Counted from the first letter of the stretch, positions 40,858 to 54,369 are shown. The stretch is 64,000 nucleotides of DNA from Narcine bancroftii (GCF_036971445.1 NC_091474.1:225804001-225868000), one strand, 5' to 3'. A program made the numbers and translations. The notes: generated by a model not told the origin, from the sequence alone.

Positions 40858-42280
40858 TGGTTGACTTCAGGAGGACTGGAATGACAACCCTCCAATACTC
40901 ATCAATAACTCTAAAGCAGAGAGAGTAGAGAACACCAAGTTCCTTGAAGTTCACTTAACTCATGATCTATTGTGGGCACACAACATCTCCTCACTTGTCA
41001 GGAAGATGCAGCAGTGTCTGCACTTCCTGAGAAGACTCCAGCGAGCAAGGCTACTGGTCACCATCATGTCAACCTTCCACAAGAGCTCTATCAAGAGTGT
41101 CCTGGCCAGCTACATCATAGTGTGGCACAGTTGCTGCAGAGAAATGGGTCAAGAGGTCAATCCACAGGATCATAAGAGTGGCAGAGTCACTGGAGTCTCC
41201 CTCCCCCCCATTGATGTGTTTTAGTGGGATCGTTGTCTGAAGAAGGGGCACAATTCCACCCTGCATTCAGCATCTTTCAACTGCTCCTGTCGGGAAAGAG
41301 ATACAGGAGCCATTTCTTCCCAAAGGAAGTAAGAATGCTAAACAACCAAAGTAACTGCTCACATTAAGCATCCAGGACTCATAATAATGAAACAATGTGT
41401 GTGTTTCCACTGGGGCACCTCGTATCACCCCGCATCACCACGAATTTTTGTCCCCCGCATCACCGCGTATTTTATGACTACCCGAACTGTTTCTACTGAG
41501 CGATAAATACGCGGTGATGCGGGCGATGCGAGGTGACCAGGAAGTCGCGTATTTTAAGGTCACATAACGACCTGATAGTTGTTTTTTCCCATCCAAAATG
41601 CCCTTCACCATCATTTCCTGCCATTTTGTGATCAAGAATCGCTGAAGATCAAATGTCCAGTTGATACTGTCTGACATATTCCAACGAAGAAACGAAAAAG
41701 TTATAACGACAGACAAGCTTGATATTTGTCCAGGGAAATTACTCCAATTTAACGATACACAAAGGAACAGCGGAGGCGATATGAATGCAGTATAGCTAGC
41801 TTGTAGGTACCTTGTGCAGTATATATATGCAATAAGATAATGCGCTGTGCCGGTGCGTGCATGCAATGATCAATTGAAAAGCACGGGCGAAAAATCGAGA
41901 CTTCCGGTACACCGTGAATTCGTTACTCACTGTGTTTCTACTGAAAAATCGCCCCTCGCATCACCGCGCATCGACCACCTCAAAAGGTGGACGATGGAGC
42001 ACCTCGCATCACAACGCATCGGCCACTACCCGATGTGTTTCTACTGAGGAAAAATTCGAGGTGTTATCTCGCATCACCGCGCATCACCTTGCATCACCAA
42101 GCATTGCCCCGAATTTTCATCACTAAGTAGAAACACGGCCAATATTTATTTAAGCATATGAATACTTACCCTGCATATAGATTATTTGTCTGTATGCATG
42201 TTATGCACCAAAGACCAGAGTATGCTGTTTCATCGGAGTGTACTTATGCAATCTGATGATAATAAACTTAACTTGACCTG
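40858..42280 (+). mobile_element. Rex1/Babar LINE 3' fragment split by a Harbinger-type MITE
   Basis: LVRKMQQCLHFLRRLQRA...FHKSSIKSVLA; tail aataaacttaacttgac at ~42260. Confidence 0.75.
41397..42140. mobile_element. PIF/Harbinger-like non-autonomous DNA transposon, 744 bp
   Basis: Ends gtgtGTGTTTCCACT ... AGTAGAAACACGGCC; 3-bp TSD AAT (41394-41396 and 42141-42143); many CGCATCACC motifs; CpG-rich. Confidence 0.75.
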
Positions 42281-42859
42281 ACTTTTTTAGCTCATAGATG
42301 CCTAGTGCTCTGCTGAGCTGATCTAGTCTTTCCATTCCTGAAATTTATTGGCAACTATATATTTCGTGAAGGATTTCAAAAATTTTCCTCTACTGCTCTA
42401 AAAATCCATATATTTATCAATCTTACAACATAAATTCTTAAAATTTGCCTTTTTATTAGTTTTGATATTAAGTCTGTTTGGTTTTACTCAAATTTAATCT
42501 GTCTATAATATTTAGAACCATAGAACACTGTAGCACAGAAAACAGGCCATTCAGCCCTTCTAGTCTGTGGCAAAACATCATTCCGCTAGTCTCACTCACC
42601 TGCATCCACTCCATAACCCTCCAAACCTCTACCATCTTGTATATATCCCACATATTTTTTGGATATTTTATATTTGATTTTCCAAAACCCTCACAAATCC
42701 AAAATAACAATAGAATTTTTCTCAACAATTATATATTTCATTCAGAGTCCATTTTTCCCCCTGCTCAGCCCTCTCCCTTCCCTCCCATGCCCTAATACCA
42801 CAAAGAAAAGATTATGTAAATTAAACAAAATTTTATAGTCACAGATCCTTAAAGGAATG

Positions 42860-45800
42860 CAAACAAAGAAAGTTTGTAGTATTTGAATATGGATGGGCAG
42901 GTGATAGAGAAGGGAAATGCTCTGGAAGAAGATGAAGGACAATTGGCAGGAAAAGTAAATAATGTTGTTATTAAAGATGAGGGAAAACAGGGATTAAAAA
43001 TTGGGAAATCTCTGAAATTCATATATTTTAATGCCAGGAGTATTGTAAAAAAGGTGGATGAGCTGAAGGTGTGGATTGATACTTGGAAGTATGATGTGGT
43101 AGCGATTAGTGAGACATGGTTGCAGGAGGGATGTGATTGGCAGCTGAATATCCCTGGGTTTCGTTGTTTTAGGTGTGATAGAGTCGGAGGGGCAAGAGGA
43201 GGTGGGGTTGCATTGCTTGTCAGGGAAAATATTACAGCGGTGCCTAGGAAGGATAGATTAGAGGGCACATCCACGGAGGCTATTTGGGTGGAACTGAGAA
43301 GTAGGAAAGGAGAGGTTACACTTGTAGGGGTGTATTATAGACCACCCGGAGGGGACTGAGACCTAGAGGAGCAAATCTGTAGGGAGATAGTAGATATTTG
43401 TGATAAGCACAGGGTTGTAATTATGGGAGATTTTAATTTTCCACATATAGATTGGGAAACACATTCTGTGAAAGGACTGGATGGGTTAGAGTTTGTGAAA
43501 TGTGTGCAAGATAGTTTTTTACAACAATATGTAGAGGTGCCAACCAGAGAAGGAGCAGTGTTAAATCTACTGTTGGCAAATGGGATGGGTCAAGTGACGG
43601 AGGTTAGTGTTGGCGAGCACTTCGGGTCCAGTGATCATAATGCCATCAGCTTCAGTGTCATTATGGAAAGAGAGAAGTCAGGGCCAAGGGTTGAGGTTTT
43701 TGATTGGGGAAAAGCTAGATTTGAGGAGATGCGAAAGGACTTGCAGGGTATGGATTGGGACAATTTGTTTTATGGGCAGGATGTAGTAGAGAGATGGAAG
43801 TCTTTTAAAGATCAGATTTTGAGAGTGCAAAAGCTTTATGTTCCTGTTAGGTTAAAAGGAGGGGCAAAAGGTTTGAGAGAGCCGTGGTTTTCAAGGAATA
43901 TTGGAAACTTGGTTCGAAGAAAAAGGGAGGCATACATTAGATATAAGAAGCATGGAGTTAAGGGGATGTTTGAAAGATACATTGAATGTAAGAGGAATCT
44001 TAAGAGAGGAATTAGGAAAGCTAAAAGAAGGTACGAGGAAACTATGGCAAGCAGGGTGAGAACTAATCCAAAAGAGTTCTACAAATATGTTAATGGTAAA
44101 AGGAAAGCTAGAGACAAAATTGGTCCCTTAGAGAATCAGAGCGGAAAACTGTGTGTTGAGCCTAGAGAAATGGGGGAGATATTGAACAGTTTCTTTTCTT
44201 CGGTATTCACAAAGGAGAAGGATATTGGGAGATGTGAGATAAAAAAAAGCAAATTGGGTAAATATGGGGAATATAGAGATTACAAAAGATGTAGTTTTAG
44301 GGCTTTTGAAGAATATAAAGGTGGATAAGTCTCCGGGACCAGACGGGATCTTCCCCAGGACATTGAGAGAAGTGAAGGAGGAAATAGCAGAGGCTCTGGC
44401 GGTAATTTTCCAAATGTCATTAGATATGGGGATAGTGCCGGAGGATTGGCGCATTGCGCATGTGGTTCCGTTATTTAAAAAGGGTTCAAGGAGGAAGCCT
44501 GGCAACTATCGGTTTGTAAGTTTGACGTCTGTGGTAGGTAAATTAATGGAGAAAATTCTTAGAGATAGTACTTATAAACATCTGGATAGACAGGATCTGA
44601 TCAGGAGCACTCAACATGGATCTGTGGGAGGAAGGTCATGTTTGACCAATCTGATTGAATTTTTTGAAGAGGTGACTAGGAATGTGGATGAGGGTAGCGC
44701 AGTGGATGTTGTCTATATGGACTTCAGTAAGGCCTTCGATAAGGTACCACATGGAAGGTTAGTTAAGAAGGTGCAGTCTTTAGGTATAAATTTTGAGATA
44801 GTCAAATGGATTGAACATTGGCTGAAAGGGAGAGGCCAGAGAGTGGTAGTGGATAATTGTCTGTCAGGTTGGAGGCCGGTGACCAATGGTGTGCCTCAAG
44901 GATCTGTATTGGGCCCATTGTTGTTCGTTATATACATTAAAGATCTAGATGATGGGGTGGTAAATTGGATTAGTAAATATGCAGACGATACTAAGATAGG
45001 TGGAATAGTGGATAATGAAGAAGGTTTTCAAGGATTGCAGAGGGATTTGGGCTGCTTAGAAAAGTGGGCTGAAAAATAGCAGATGGAATTTAATGCTGAT
45101 AAGTGTGAGGTGCTTCATTTTGGTAAGAAGAATCAGAACAGGACATACGTGGTAAATGGGAGAGCATTGATGAATACAGAAGAGCAGAAAGATTTAGGAG
45201 TAACGGTACATCGTTCCCTGAAGGTAGAAACTCATGTGAATAGGGTGGTGAAGAAGGCTTTTAATATGCTGGCCTTTATCAATCATTGCATGGAATATAG
45301 GAGTTGGGAGGTGATGTTGAGACTGTATAAGACGTTGGTGCAGCCTAATTTGGAGTTCTGTGTGCAGTTCTCGTCGCCTAATTATAGGAAGGATATAAAC
45401 AGAGTGGAGAGAGTGCAGAGAAGGTTTAACAGAATGTTACCTGGGTTTAAGCATCTAGAGTATAGGGAGAGATTGGACAGATTATTTTTTGGAGCGTAGA
45501 AGGTTGAGAGGGGATTTGATAGAAGTATTTAAGATTATGAAAGGGATAGACAGAGTGGATGTGGATAGACTATTTCCGTTAAGAGGAGGAAAGATTAAAA
45601 CAAGAGGACATGAGTTAAGAATTAAAGGGCAGAGGTTTAGAGGTAACATGAGGGGGAACTTCTTTACCCAGAGAGTGGTAGACGTGTGGAATGAGCTTCC
45701 GGGAGAAATAGTGGCGGCGGAGTCAATTGTATTATTTAAGAAAAGGTTGGACAGGTATATGGATGAGAAGAAGATGGAGGGTTATGGGCATTGTGCAGGG

Positions 45801-45895
45801 AGGTGGGACTAGAGAGGGGTGTTTTGGTTTGGTGTGGACTAGAAGGGCCTAATGGCCTGTTTCCGTGCTGTAAATTGTTATGTAATGTTATTATG
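42860..45895 (+). mobile_element. Young CR1 (HER1-like) LINE with near-complete ORF2 (APE endonuclease plus RT), disabled
   Basis: YFNARSI, AISETWL, GVYYRPP, GDFNFP, GSSDH (APE); KSPGPDG, YMDFSKAFDKVPH, GVPQGSVLGP, YADDTK (RT); stops at ~43357 and ~45077; frameshifts at ~44245 and ~45485; tandem tail. Confidence 0.95.
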
Positions 45896-45907
45896 GAACC
45901 AAATATA

Positions 45908-46631
45908 CCGCATTTTCACTCGTGTAATGCATATGCACATATAACACACAGAAAATCACAAATTGTGTAAAAATATTTTCATATAATGCACACATGCATA
46001 TGACAAAATCCATTTGCATTTAAATGGGACATGTGACAAAGCACGTACCAGTATCTGCCATGGTTCATCTCCCACAATTAACACCCAATCAACTTTGCTC
46101 AGAGATGTCAATCGCCCATTATATAGATGATATCCTGCTGCAACACATTAACAAGCTTTGAAGAGGAACCAGCTAAATAGCTCGAAGACAGGTTTCATAA
46201 TTAAGCAGGGATTTAAATTCTAATGTTTTCTCAAATCAGAGGCACTTGATATGTTAATCTCCTCCCTCCGGGCAGTTAACATTGATAAGGTGCAGTGCCC
46301 TAGCCAGAATGTCCTGCTTATAGGAATTCCATGGCATTCAGTACAAAGAGATATTCGCAAGATCAAAATTTTCCATGCCACTATAAATTGTGCATGTTCT
46401 TTCATTGCCACTATTCATTCTCATGCTCACAATAACATTCCCATGCTCACTATATATTGTGTCTTTTCCATGGCCGCTATAAATTGTACACATGCTTTCA
46501 TTGCCACTGTTATATTACCATGCCTGCTATAAATTGCCATTTCAACTTTCCCATATAATGTGCAGGGGTGGGGAGATGCCTGGTTTGTAAAATACATATA
46601 TAACACGTGTGTTATATGTGTAATAATGTGG
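45908..46631. mobile_element. Tc1/mariner (Tc2/pogo-like) non-autonomous element
   Basis: Starts TA-CCGCATTTTCACTCGTGTAA; degenerate inverted end gttatatgtgtaataatgtgg; internal imperfect repeats 46370-46540. Confidence 0.5.
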
Positions 46632-46699
46632 TTAACCTAAAGTGGCAAAAAGTAAAATGAAAAAGATACGAAACAAGAGCACATCATCTGCACCACGGC

Positions 46700-48900
46700 C
46701 CACTTCATTTATCTCAATTGTTCCACTATTGCTATAGATTTTTACCTTTCTTCTATTTAGAAGGGGTGTAATTATATCTGTGTACCTATATGTTGCAGAT
46801 AAGGTAACATATCGAATGTGTCATATTTTCACCTTAAATTGCGCACAATTTTCTCCAGTGGAATACAAGTCTGTATCTCCATATTCCATTGTGTAATGTT
46901 TAGTTGGGAGTTGGACTGCTGCATGACCACTGTACACTTCCTGGTGATTGACAAAGCAACTTCACAAACTGAATTTGGCATCTGGACAATTTAAAACTCA
47001 TATCCATAATATTTCCGGATCCTGTGGAAAATCCGCTTTTTAATTTTTTTTCAGTATGTCCCCCAGGTTCTCCCAGAAGGATCTCACCTTTGTATGCAGC
47101 CAATCTCCACACCAAGCACATTTCCAAAATTTCTGGTTTAGATTTGTGTAGTTTTTGTGGTGTGATGTACAATTGATGCAGAAAATTGTGATGAACCAAT
47201 CTGTATTGGCATTAATAGCTGCTGACATGCTATCCCACCTCTAATCTAAGTGGAAAGAGCCAACTCACATTTACTGTGTTTATACCCCAAATAATTCTGT
47301 AAATCTCTTATCAAATTTCCCCTCATTCTTCTACCGTCCAAGAAGTAGTCCTAACCTCAACTCCTGAAGATCTGGCAACATCCTAGTAAATGTTCTTTGC
47401 ACTCTTTCAATCTTACAGATATCTTTCCTGTAGCTTGGCAACCAGAATTGCACAAAATACTCCAAATTTGGCCTCACCAATGTCTTGTACAACTTCATCA
47501 TAATGCATTTAATTTTGTAAATTGCTTGTGGAAATCGCATCAAAGTTTAGAACTACATTTTGAATGCTTAACATTTAATCCAGTTGGTGTTTCCTTCTCA
47601 CAAGCTTCCTCTGATCCTAATTCATCAAAACTTAGTTGTATCATGCACTTCAGTTCCTTCATGTGGTATCAGTTTACTTCTGTGCTGAAGTCATTTTCCC
47701 TAATTATTTATGTATAACTCTTAATTTTCTCCATCTCTTAGTAGAAATACATTTCCTCCTTTTAATTTTCCTAATGTTAAATGGCATCTTTAGAAAGCAG
47801 CCAAATAACCCTCAGTTTGGGATCCTATTTAAAAGCTATTATAATTTTTACCAGTTGTTCTATATCTCGACGGAACCCCCACACCACAGCCGCTGGCCAG
47901 AACACCAGCCTGACCTCAAACCCTATGGAGCTCACAACGTCATGGTCTCTCACCAGAACACGGAGCCCACAGAGTTCCCAACGCCACTGCCACCCACTCC
48001 TACATCACACTGACCACCCCCACCCCCCAACTCACCAGAGCTCCTGATGCCTTCACTGCTGACTCTAGCACTGGACCTACAGGAGAAGATGCTGGAGCCT
48101 CCCTTGCTGACTTGCACCACGTGGCTCCTGACACAGACTGTTACCAGAGTCCTGACCTTGCTACTGGATCCCACTCACTTATCCCCTTCACTACTCCTTC
48201 CCTCTCCTCCAACATCCCTCCCTACTCCATCTCCCCCTGTCTGTCCCCTTCTTCTCCCCTACCCACAACCCTCAGAGCTCAACTCTTCCCCCCCCCACCC
48301 CGGCCTGGCTACCCCCTACCCTCCTCTAACCTCCCTCACCTTCCACCTCCAGCCTTGGACCTCCCCAACCCTCCTCCTCACCCTCCACACCACCAATCCC
48401 CACTCTAACCCCTGTTTGGTTTTTACTATCCCCTCTGACCTTCCCCTTTCTGAGATGGAAAGCTCAGTCATCAGTAGAGGCCTCACCTTCGTCCCTCTCC
48501 TCCCACACCTCAATGAGTTCCGCACACACCATGGTGCCGAACGCTTCTTCCTCTGTCTCCAGGCCCACTTCCATGACCGCAACTCTCCATCCCCCACCAA
48601 GACTCTTTCTGCTGCTTCATGCCTTTTTCCTCCTCCTGAGCACTTTTTAAAAACTCTATGTATTTACCTTTTCATTTTTTTCACATCACTTCCATGAGTG
48701 CATTTTATTCTGAATGTTAAATTCTTGGGTAGTGATTTGTGAATTCTGTAAGAATGAATTCCCAGCATCCAAACAGCCTTAATGTGGGTGTCGTCTATGT
48801 TTGGTCTAACTGAGATAGATAACCTTGCTGTATTTAGGTCCACCTTGTTAATCTTGTTTCTTTTAAGGTCAATCATATCCCAGATTTTAAAGCTGTTTCA
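46700..48900 (-). mobile_element. Fragmented L1-clade LINE with nested CR1 (47321-47495) and Penelope pieces
   Basis: NFLHQLYITPQKLHK (L1 C-terminal region); nested CR1 LYKTLVRPNLEYFVQFW; eroded endonuclease-like segment near 48700-48900. Confidence 0.55.
47860..48640 (+). mobile_element. Penelope-like element N-terminal relic
   Basis: VFTIPSDLPLSEMESSVISRGLTFVP...LNEF...FF..L.AHF motif after a C-rich low-complexity stretch. Confidence 0.7.
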
Positions 48901-49259
48901 TTTAATTGTTATTAAGATTCCTTGTTATTTCTCCATAAGGCATCTTTATAATTATCTATAGTAAAAATAATGTAACTTTTAAGTACCTATTCTACAAGTT
49001 CATCTCCATCTCTTTCTGTACTAACTTTGAAATTATAGTTTTGATATCAGATCCTGCATTGTTTATGTAAATTGTGAGCAGTATTAATTTATACCTTCTA
49101 AAAGTCCGAGTAAATACCTTTAGTTCCTACTGTTTTCTGTTTTATAACCAGTTATTTATTAATCCTCTTGACCAATAATTCAATAGAAACAAAACTTAAT
49201 TTATCACAATTTATTTCACTTCAATGTGATAAATAGTTACCTTTTATCTTTTCTTGAAG

Positions 49260-49318
49260 CTATACCCATTGGTGGACACCAGAGGTACTAATACATCTAC
49301 CATTGCCATATGATGAAG
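49260..49318 (+). CDS. FIG4: FIG4 coding exon (about exon 17)
   Basis: ttttcttgaag acceptor and GTAGGA donor; 59 bp; (S)YTHWWTPEVLIHLPLPYDE(V). Confidence 0.94.
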
Positions 49319-49910
49319 GTAGGAACAAATGACATAACTTTATAGTTGAATTTCATATTATTTTTTAAGTATTTGGCTGATTACATAGAAATTAGCTTGT
49401 TTATTACAATATAATGACTACTTGGTCCATTGGATCCATGGCAGGTCCCAGCAGAGCATCAGTCTTATTTCCCTCTCCTTATTCTTGCCATCCAATCCCA
49501 TCAACTCTCCTTTGATTCTTTTCTCTTTACCTGTACTAAATCTCTGGATGTAGAAGGTAACCAGTGTTCTTAGTGGGAATGTATCATGTGGTCCCGTGGA
49601 GAATGTATAAATGTCCTATGGGCAGGGAGTTTCAGGATTTGAAGGATATGCCTTTGAGTGATTCTTAAACGTAATGGAGTGTATCTATTACAATCTTGAT
49701 TTGTGGCTTTGTAGGTGGTGGAAAGATTTGGTGGAGTTGGATAGTGTGTCCAACTTACCAATTATCCAACCTCGTTTGCTCTTGTAGGAGCAGCATCTAT
49801 TTGCATGTCCCAGTTCTGTTTCTAGTTTAGCATGTGATGTACTATTTTAATCGATTGTGACAATTCTTAATTAAACTCAATGATGAAATGTTTTTGTTTA
49901 TGTTCTTTAG

Positions 49911-50061
49911 TTCCTTGCACTGAAAATTTTAAAAAAATGACAGTAATAAAGAAGACTGTCAAGTGTGATGAAGAGATAGATATATACACAGAATTCTTCA
50001 GGCCGTATGAGCTGAGCTGTTTTGATGATGCATTTTGTCTGAAAATGACAAATTCAGCTAA
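49911..50061 (+). CDS. FIG4: FIG4 coding exon (about exon 18)
   Basis: gttctttag acceptor and GTAATA donor; 151 bp; (V)[49 protein letters not shown](K). Confidence 0.94.
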
Positions 50062-50899
50062 GTAATATATTTATTTAATTTGCTAATCACCTCTCTGTTC
50101 AGTGCCCTATTTTAAAGCAATTTGTTAAGGAATGTCAAAGAATGTATTTTGAAAATATTTAAGGATACTATCAATAACTTAATCCTTTTAAAAAAAAAAA
50201 AATTCTCATTAGTTAAAAAGAGTTGTCAGATGGGACTCCAGTGATTGAAATAATTTATATAGCAATGCAGTTGTATTAATGAGTGTTTTTGAAATTGCTT
50301 TGCTAGCTAATAAAATGACAAAAATAGATTTTGATGGTGAACAAATAATGTCTCTACCTCATTTACAATTGTCCCTGGTTTTGAAACAGCTTCTCGTGCC
50401 ATTCACAATCATTATTATTTACAATATTTAATATTTCTCATTTTAGTAGCTATTAAAATAATTCCCAACATTATTCCTTGGTAAAGTTGTCACATCAGTT
50501 ATTTTAAGCGGTAATGTAATGAAATTTTTAATAAATACGGATGTTGCAAGTCCGAAATTAAAGCAATAAAATTCTCTGTGGAAAGAGAAACAGTTAATGT
50601 TTTAAGTTGAAGACTTCCTCATGATTGGGAAAAAAAAATGTAGTCTTGAATTGTAGAGATAATGAAGTAGGAATTTTTAAAACAAAGCCAGTATTAGTAG
50701 CATGAAGTTTGGCTACTATAGGGATAGGATGAAGGGGGTGATTGGTTAATGAAGACAATTAAAGAAAAAGGTCACCATATGCCCATATGAGATAAAGGAA
50801 GTTAGAGGAAGAAAAACAAAAAAAAAGGATGTTAAAGCTGTTAGAGTGGCATAAATTGTGAGCAGGTTAGATTAGACAAATAGAGGAAGAAGATCTGAA

Positions 50900-52170
50900 C
50901 CAATATTATAAATGGATGGTTCTGATGCAAACAGACAGGAAATTACAGATATTGTTGAATTAATTATAGAGTCTAGAAGGCTGCAATATATCCAGATGTT
51001 GTATTTCACATTGGCCTCGTTATAACAGTGCAGGGGACTATGGGCAAAGCAGAAGGAGAGGAAATATGTTAGAAAATTGAAGTAGCAGGCATCAGGAAGC
51101 TTAATGTTCTCCCTTTGGATTGAATGCAGGTATCCACAAAACTCACCCATTTTATAACTGTTTTTTCAATGTAGAGGAAACTGCATTGTGACATATAATA
51201 TACTAGACTGGGAAGAGTGAATTATTAAACCTGGAAAGAGTATCTCGGTTCCTGCATCTTGTGAAAGGAAAATGTAAAAGGACAGATGTTGCATCTCCTG
51301 CAGTTACATGGGAAAGTCTGTTTGAAGTGGGGTGATTGGTGAAGAGTGAATCACCTTTGGAATTTTGAAACAAATTTGTTTGGTGATGGAATCTTGAAGG
51401 TGGAGGAAATTGCAAAGGTTATGAAGTGTGGTATGGTGGAAAGGGCGAACAAGGGAATCATATCTTTGTTCTTCCTACAAAGAGAGGGCATGAGACCCAG
51501 AAATTTGATGAGATGCAGTCAAACATTCTGTTAAGAATAGTGGAAGGGAAACTATGGTTTAGGAAGAAGGAAAATATCTCTGAGGCATCTGTGTGAAATT
51601 ACTGCCGTCGGAACAGATAGTCATACAACGTGGGTCAGGCTTCTTGGCCCAACTCATCCAAGTTAGCATTCTGGGTTCATCCCATTAGCCTCCATTTGGT
51701 CCATATCCTTTTAAACCCTTCATACCATGTATTTATCAAAATACATTTTGAATTTTGCTCATATCTGCCTCTATAGTTTTATCTGGCAGCTCATTTCAAA
51801 TATGAAATACACTCTGAGAAAAAAAAGCTTGCTCCTTCAGTCCCTCCTAATTCTTTCCCCTCTCACGTTAAACCTATGCCCACTAGAATAGACTGAGAGC
51901 GTTCACTTTACCCATGCTCCTTATAAAGACCCAATCTCTCCCTGTAACTTAAGTCCTCCAGTCCCAGCAGAATCTCCTCAGATTACCTTCCAACTTATTG
52001 ATAGCCTTCCTGCAGTTGGGTGATCAGAACCACACAAACTCCAAGTTTGGTCTCCCCAACGATGTGTACAGCTCTACCATGAGATCCTAACTTTTGTACT
52101 CCTCGCCCAATGAGGGCAGAACAAAAGCTGCCTTCACCATTCTGCCACTGATAGAAAGAATTAAGGGAAA
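50900..52170 (-). mobile_element. Degenerate Penelope relic (50900-51620) followed by a degenerate CR1 3' end (51620-52170)
   Basis: HVTAGDATSV.HFPFTRCRNRD and LHCYNEAN peptides; CR1-like KLGVCV.L...QEG segment and tail. Confidence 0.5.
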
Positions 52171-52299
52171 ATGTAATGGCATCCTTGCAGGAAATAGCAT
52201 GGGACAAAGTATTCTCAAGTTAGCTGTGGAAGTCTGTAAACTTCTGGATTTTTGCATGTCCACTGGCATGAAGATAGATCCAAAAAAGGAAGGAAAAAA

Positions 52300-54180
52300 A
52301 ATCAAAGAAGACCACATGGCCACAAAATTAAAGACCATTTGTATACAGTACCTGAAAATTGAGGGAGGAAGCCCTGAGTAAGACTAAAACAAATTGTTCC
52401 ATGTATGTCAGCAAAAGACAGGCCTATCTTCTGTATCCACCACCTACTCCTGTCTTTACAGCACATTCCAAACTGCCACTGGGGGTAAAACTCTTTCTTT
52501 TTTATCTTTCCTTCTCACCATCGAGAGACCAAAACAGTCTTTCCTGATAACATTAATCCAGTTTAATGCATTAGCTGCTCACAATGTTATGTTCTCTACA
52601 CTGAAGAAACCAATTGGCTGCCTGCTTTATGGATCTATGTCGGATCACTGAGGCAACCCTATCTTCTAGTTGCTGCCTTTTTGGTTGATAATTCATTCCA
52701 TCCCATCTGTCTGTGGCGTCTGAGTTGTTATAATTAAAAAGTTACTGCTTAACGTCAGTACAGCAAAAGCTATTGGGCCACACCAGATTCAGAATCAAAC
52801 CCTCAAGATTGCAGCTGAAGAACTAGCTCCTGTTCTGCAGTTTATCTTCCAGCAGTCCCTTGACTCGGGTGACCTTCCCCTGGATTGGAGAAAGGCAAAC
52901 ATCACTCCCCGCTTCAAGAAGGGCTCAACCACCAACGCGGCAAATTCTCATCTGTTTCCTTAACAAGTACCTGCTGCAAACTCCTGGAGCACATAATAGA
53001 CACTAACCTGATGAGGCACCTTAGCAGTTACAATATTCTTGCTGATAATCAGCATACATTTCGGAAGCATAGATGATGCAAATCTCATCAATAAATGACC
53101 CGGCCAAAAACGTCGATAGCAAAGTTACTACTGATTTAGTGGTGCTCGACTTCTCCAAAGCATTCAACATCATTCCCCACCAAAGATTACTTAAGAAGCT
53201 CGACTATTATGGTATTCACTCCAACACTAAATGATGGATTTCCAGTTTCCTGACGAAACGTCTCCAGCAGGTGTGCGTGAAGGGAAAAAGCTCTGAATGG
53301 CATCCATTGTTATGTGGTACAGTGTTAGGCCAACATTTGTTTTTACTCTACATCAATGGCATTCACGGAAAAGTCATAAGTACCACTAGACTATTCGCAG
53401 ACAACTGTTTGGTGTACCACCCAATTCAGTCAGCTGATGATGAGGCTTGCTCTCAAAAAAGATCTTGATGGCATGTTAGAATTGTCACAAAAATGGGGCT
53501 TGCAGTTCAATCCTTCCAAATGCAAAACCATGCGTGTCACCAGAAAGAGAATACCAGGCAAAACATCATACAAAATCCTGGGTGCTACCCTTGATGAAAC
53601 CAGACTAAATACCTTGGAATCAAAATCCAGAACAACCTGCATTGGAATGATCAGACGTATCATACAACAGTGAAGGCAACAGGAGTCCTAAATTTTCTGA
53701 GACGCAACTTCCATCAGTGTTCAGCTTCTGTCCAGGAGAAATTGTGCCTCTCCCTCATCAGACCACATTTGGAATATGCAGTGGCTGCATGGGACTCATA
53801 AACAAACAAAACCACTACTACCATTGATCAAGTGGAGCTCTCTCCCAGACAGATGTGAAGCACACCACCTGACCTGTTTTTGCAAAATGCTAAACTGCCA
53901 GCTCGATATAGACTACCAATTCTACACCGTACTCAAGCCTGCTAGGAACAGACAAGGGCATGCAACTCAATTTGTAGGGCCAAGTTCCAAGACAGATGTA
54001 TACAGCAATTTATTCTTCTGCCGTACAATAAAAGCATGAAATAATCTTCACCCTACCATACTCACACAACCAGACCCAATTAAATTTAAGACAGCTCTTT
54101 TTCAAAAATTGCCTCCTTAAGCACACCCTCCCCTCCTCCAGTTTAAATTCCATACGGAATATTTTGGAGGATCAAGAACC
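52300..54180 (+). mobile_element. CR1-clade LINE of a different lineage from the HER1-like copies
   Basis: AEELAPVLQFIFQQSLDSGDLPLDWRKANITP.FKKG, VSLTSTCCKLLEHII, LDFSKAF, RLFADNCLVY, WGLQFNPSKC, NFLRRN, LIRPHLEYA. Confidence 0.8.
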
Positions 54181-54369
54181 AAAATCCCCATTGTTAGTTT
54201 GAGGAACAGCACCTTGTCTTCCATAGAGTCACAAATATGCACAGCACAGAAACAGGCCCGTCAGCACTTGACATTAATGTTGGGCTTTTTGCCCATCTAT
54301 GTTAATTAATCTCATTTGCAAGCACTATGTCTTTCTTTGGCTTCCCTATTTAAGTACCTACTAATTGGA

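Noticed and set aside
41397-42140. Repeat-spacer-like pattern that could suggest a CRISPR array
   Set aside because: Motifs are short, irregularly spaced and in both orientations inside an element with terminal inverted repeats and a TSD; the context is eukaryotic and there are no cas genes
48047-48697. 216-aa Pro/Leu-rich ORF as a host gene
   Set aside because: Low-complexity C-rich sequence ending in a Penelope N-terminal motif; no exon structure
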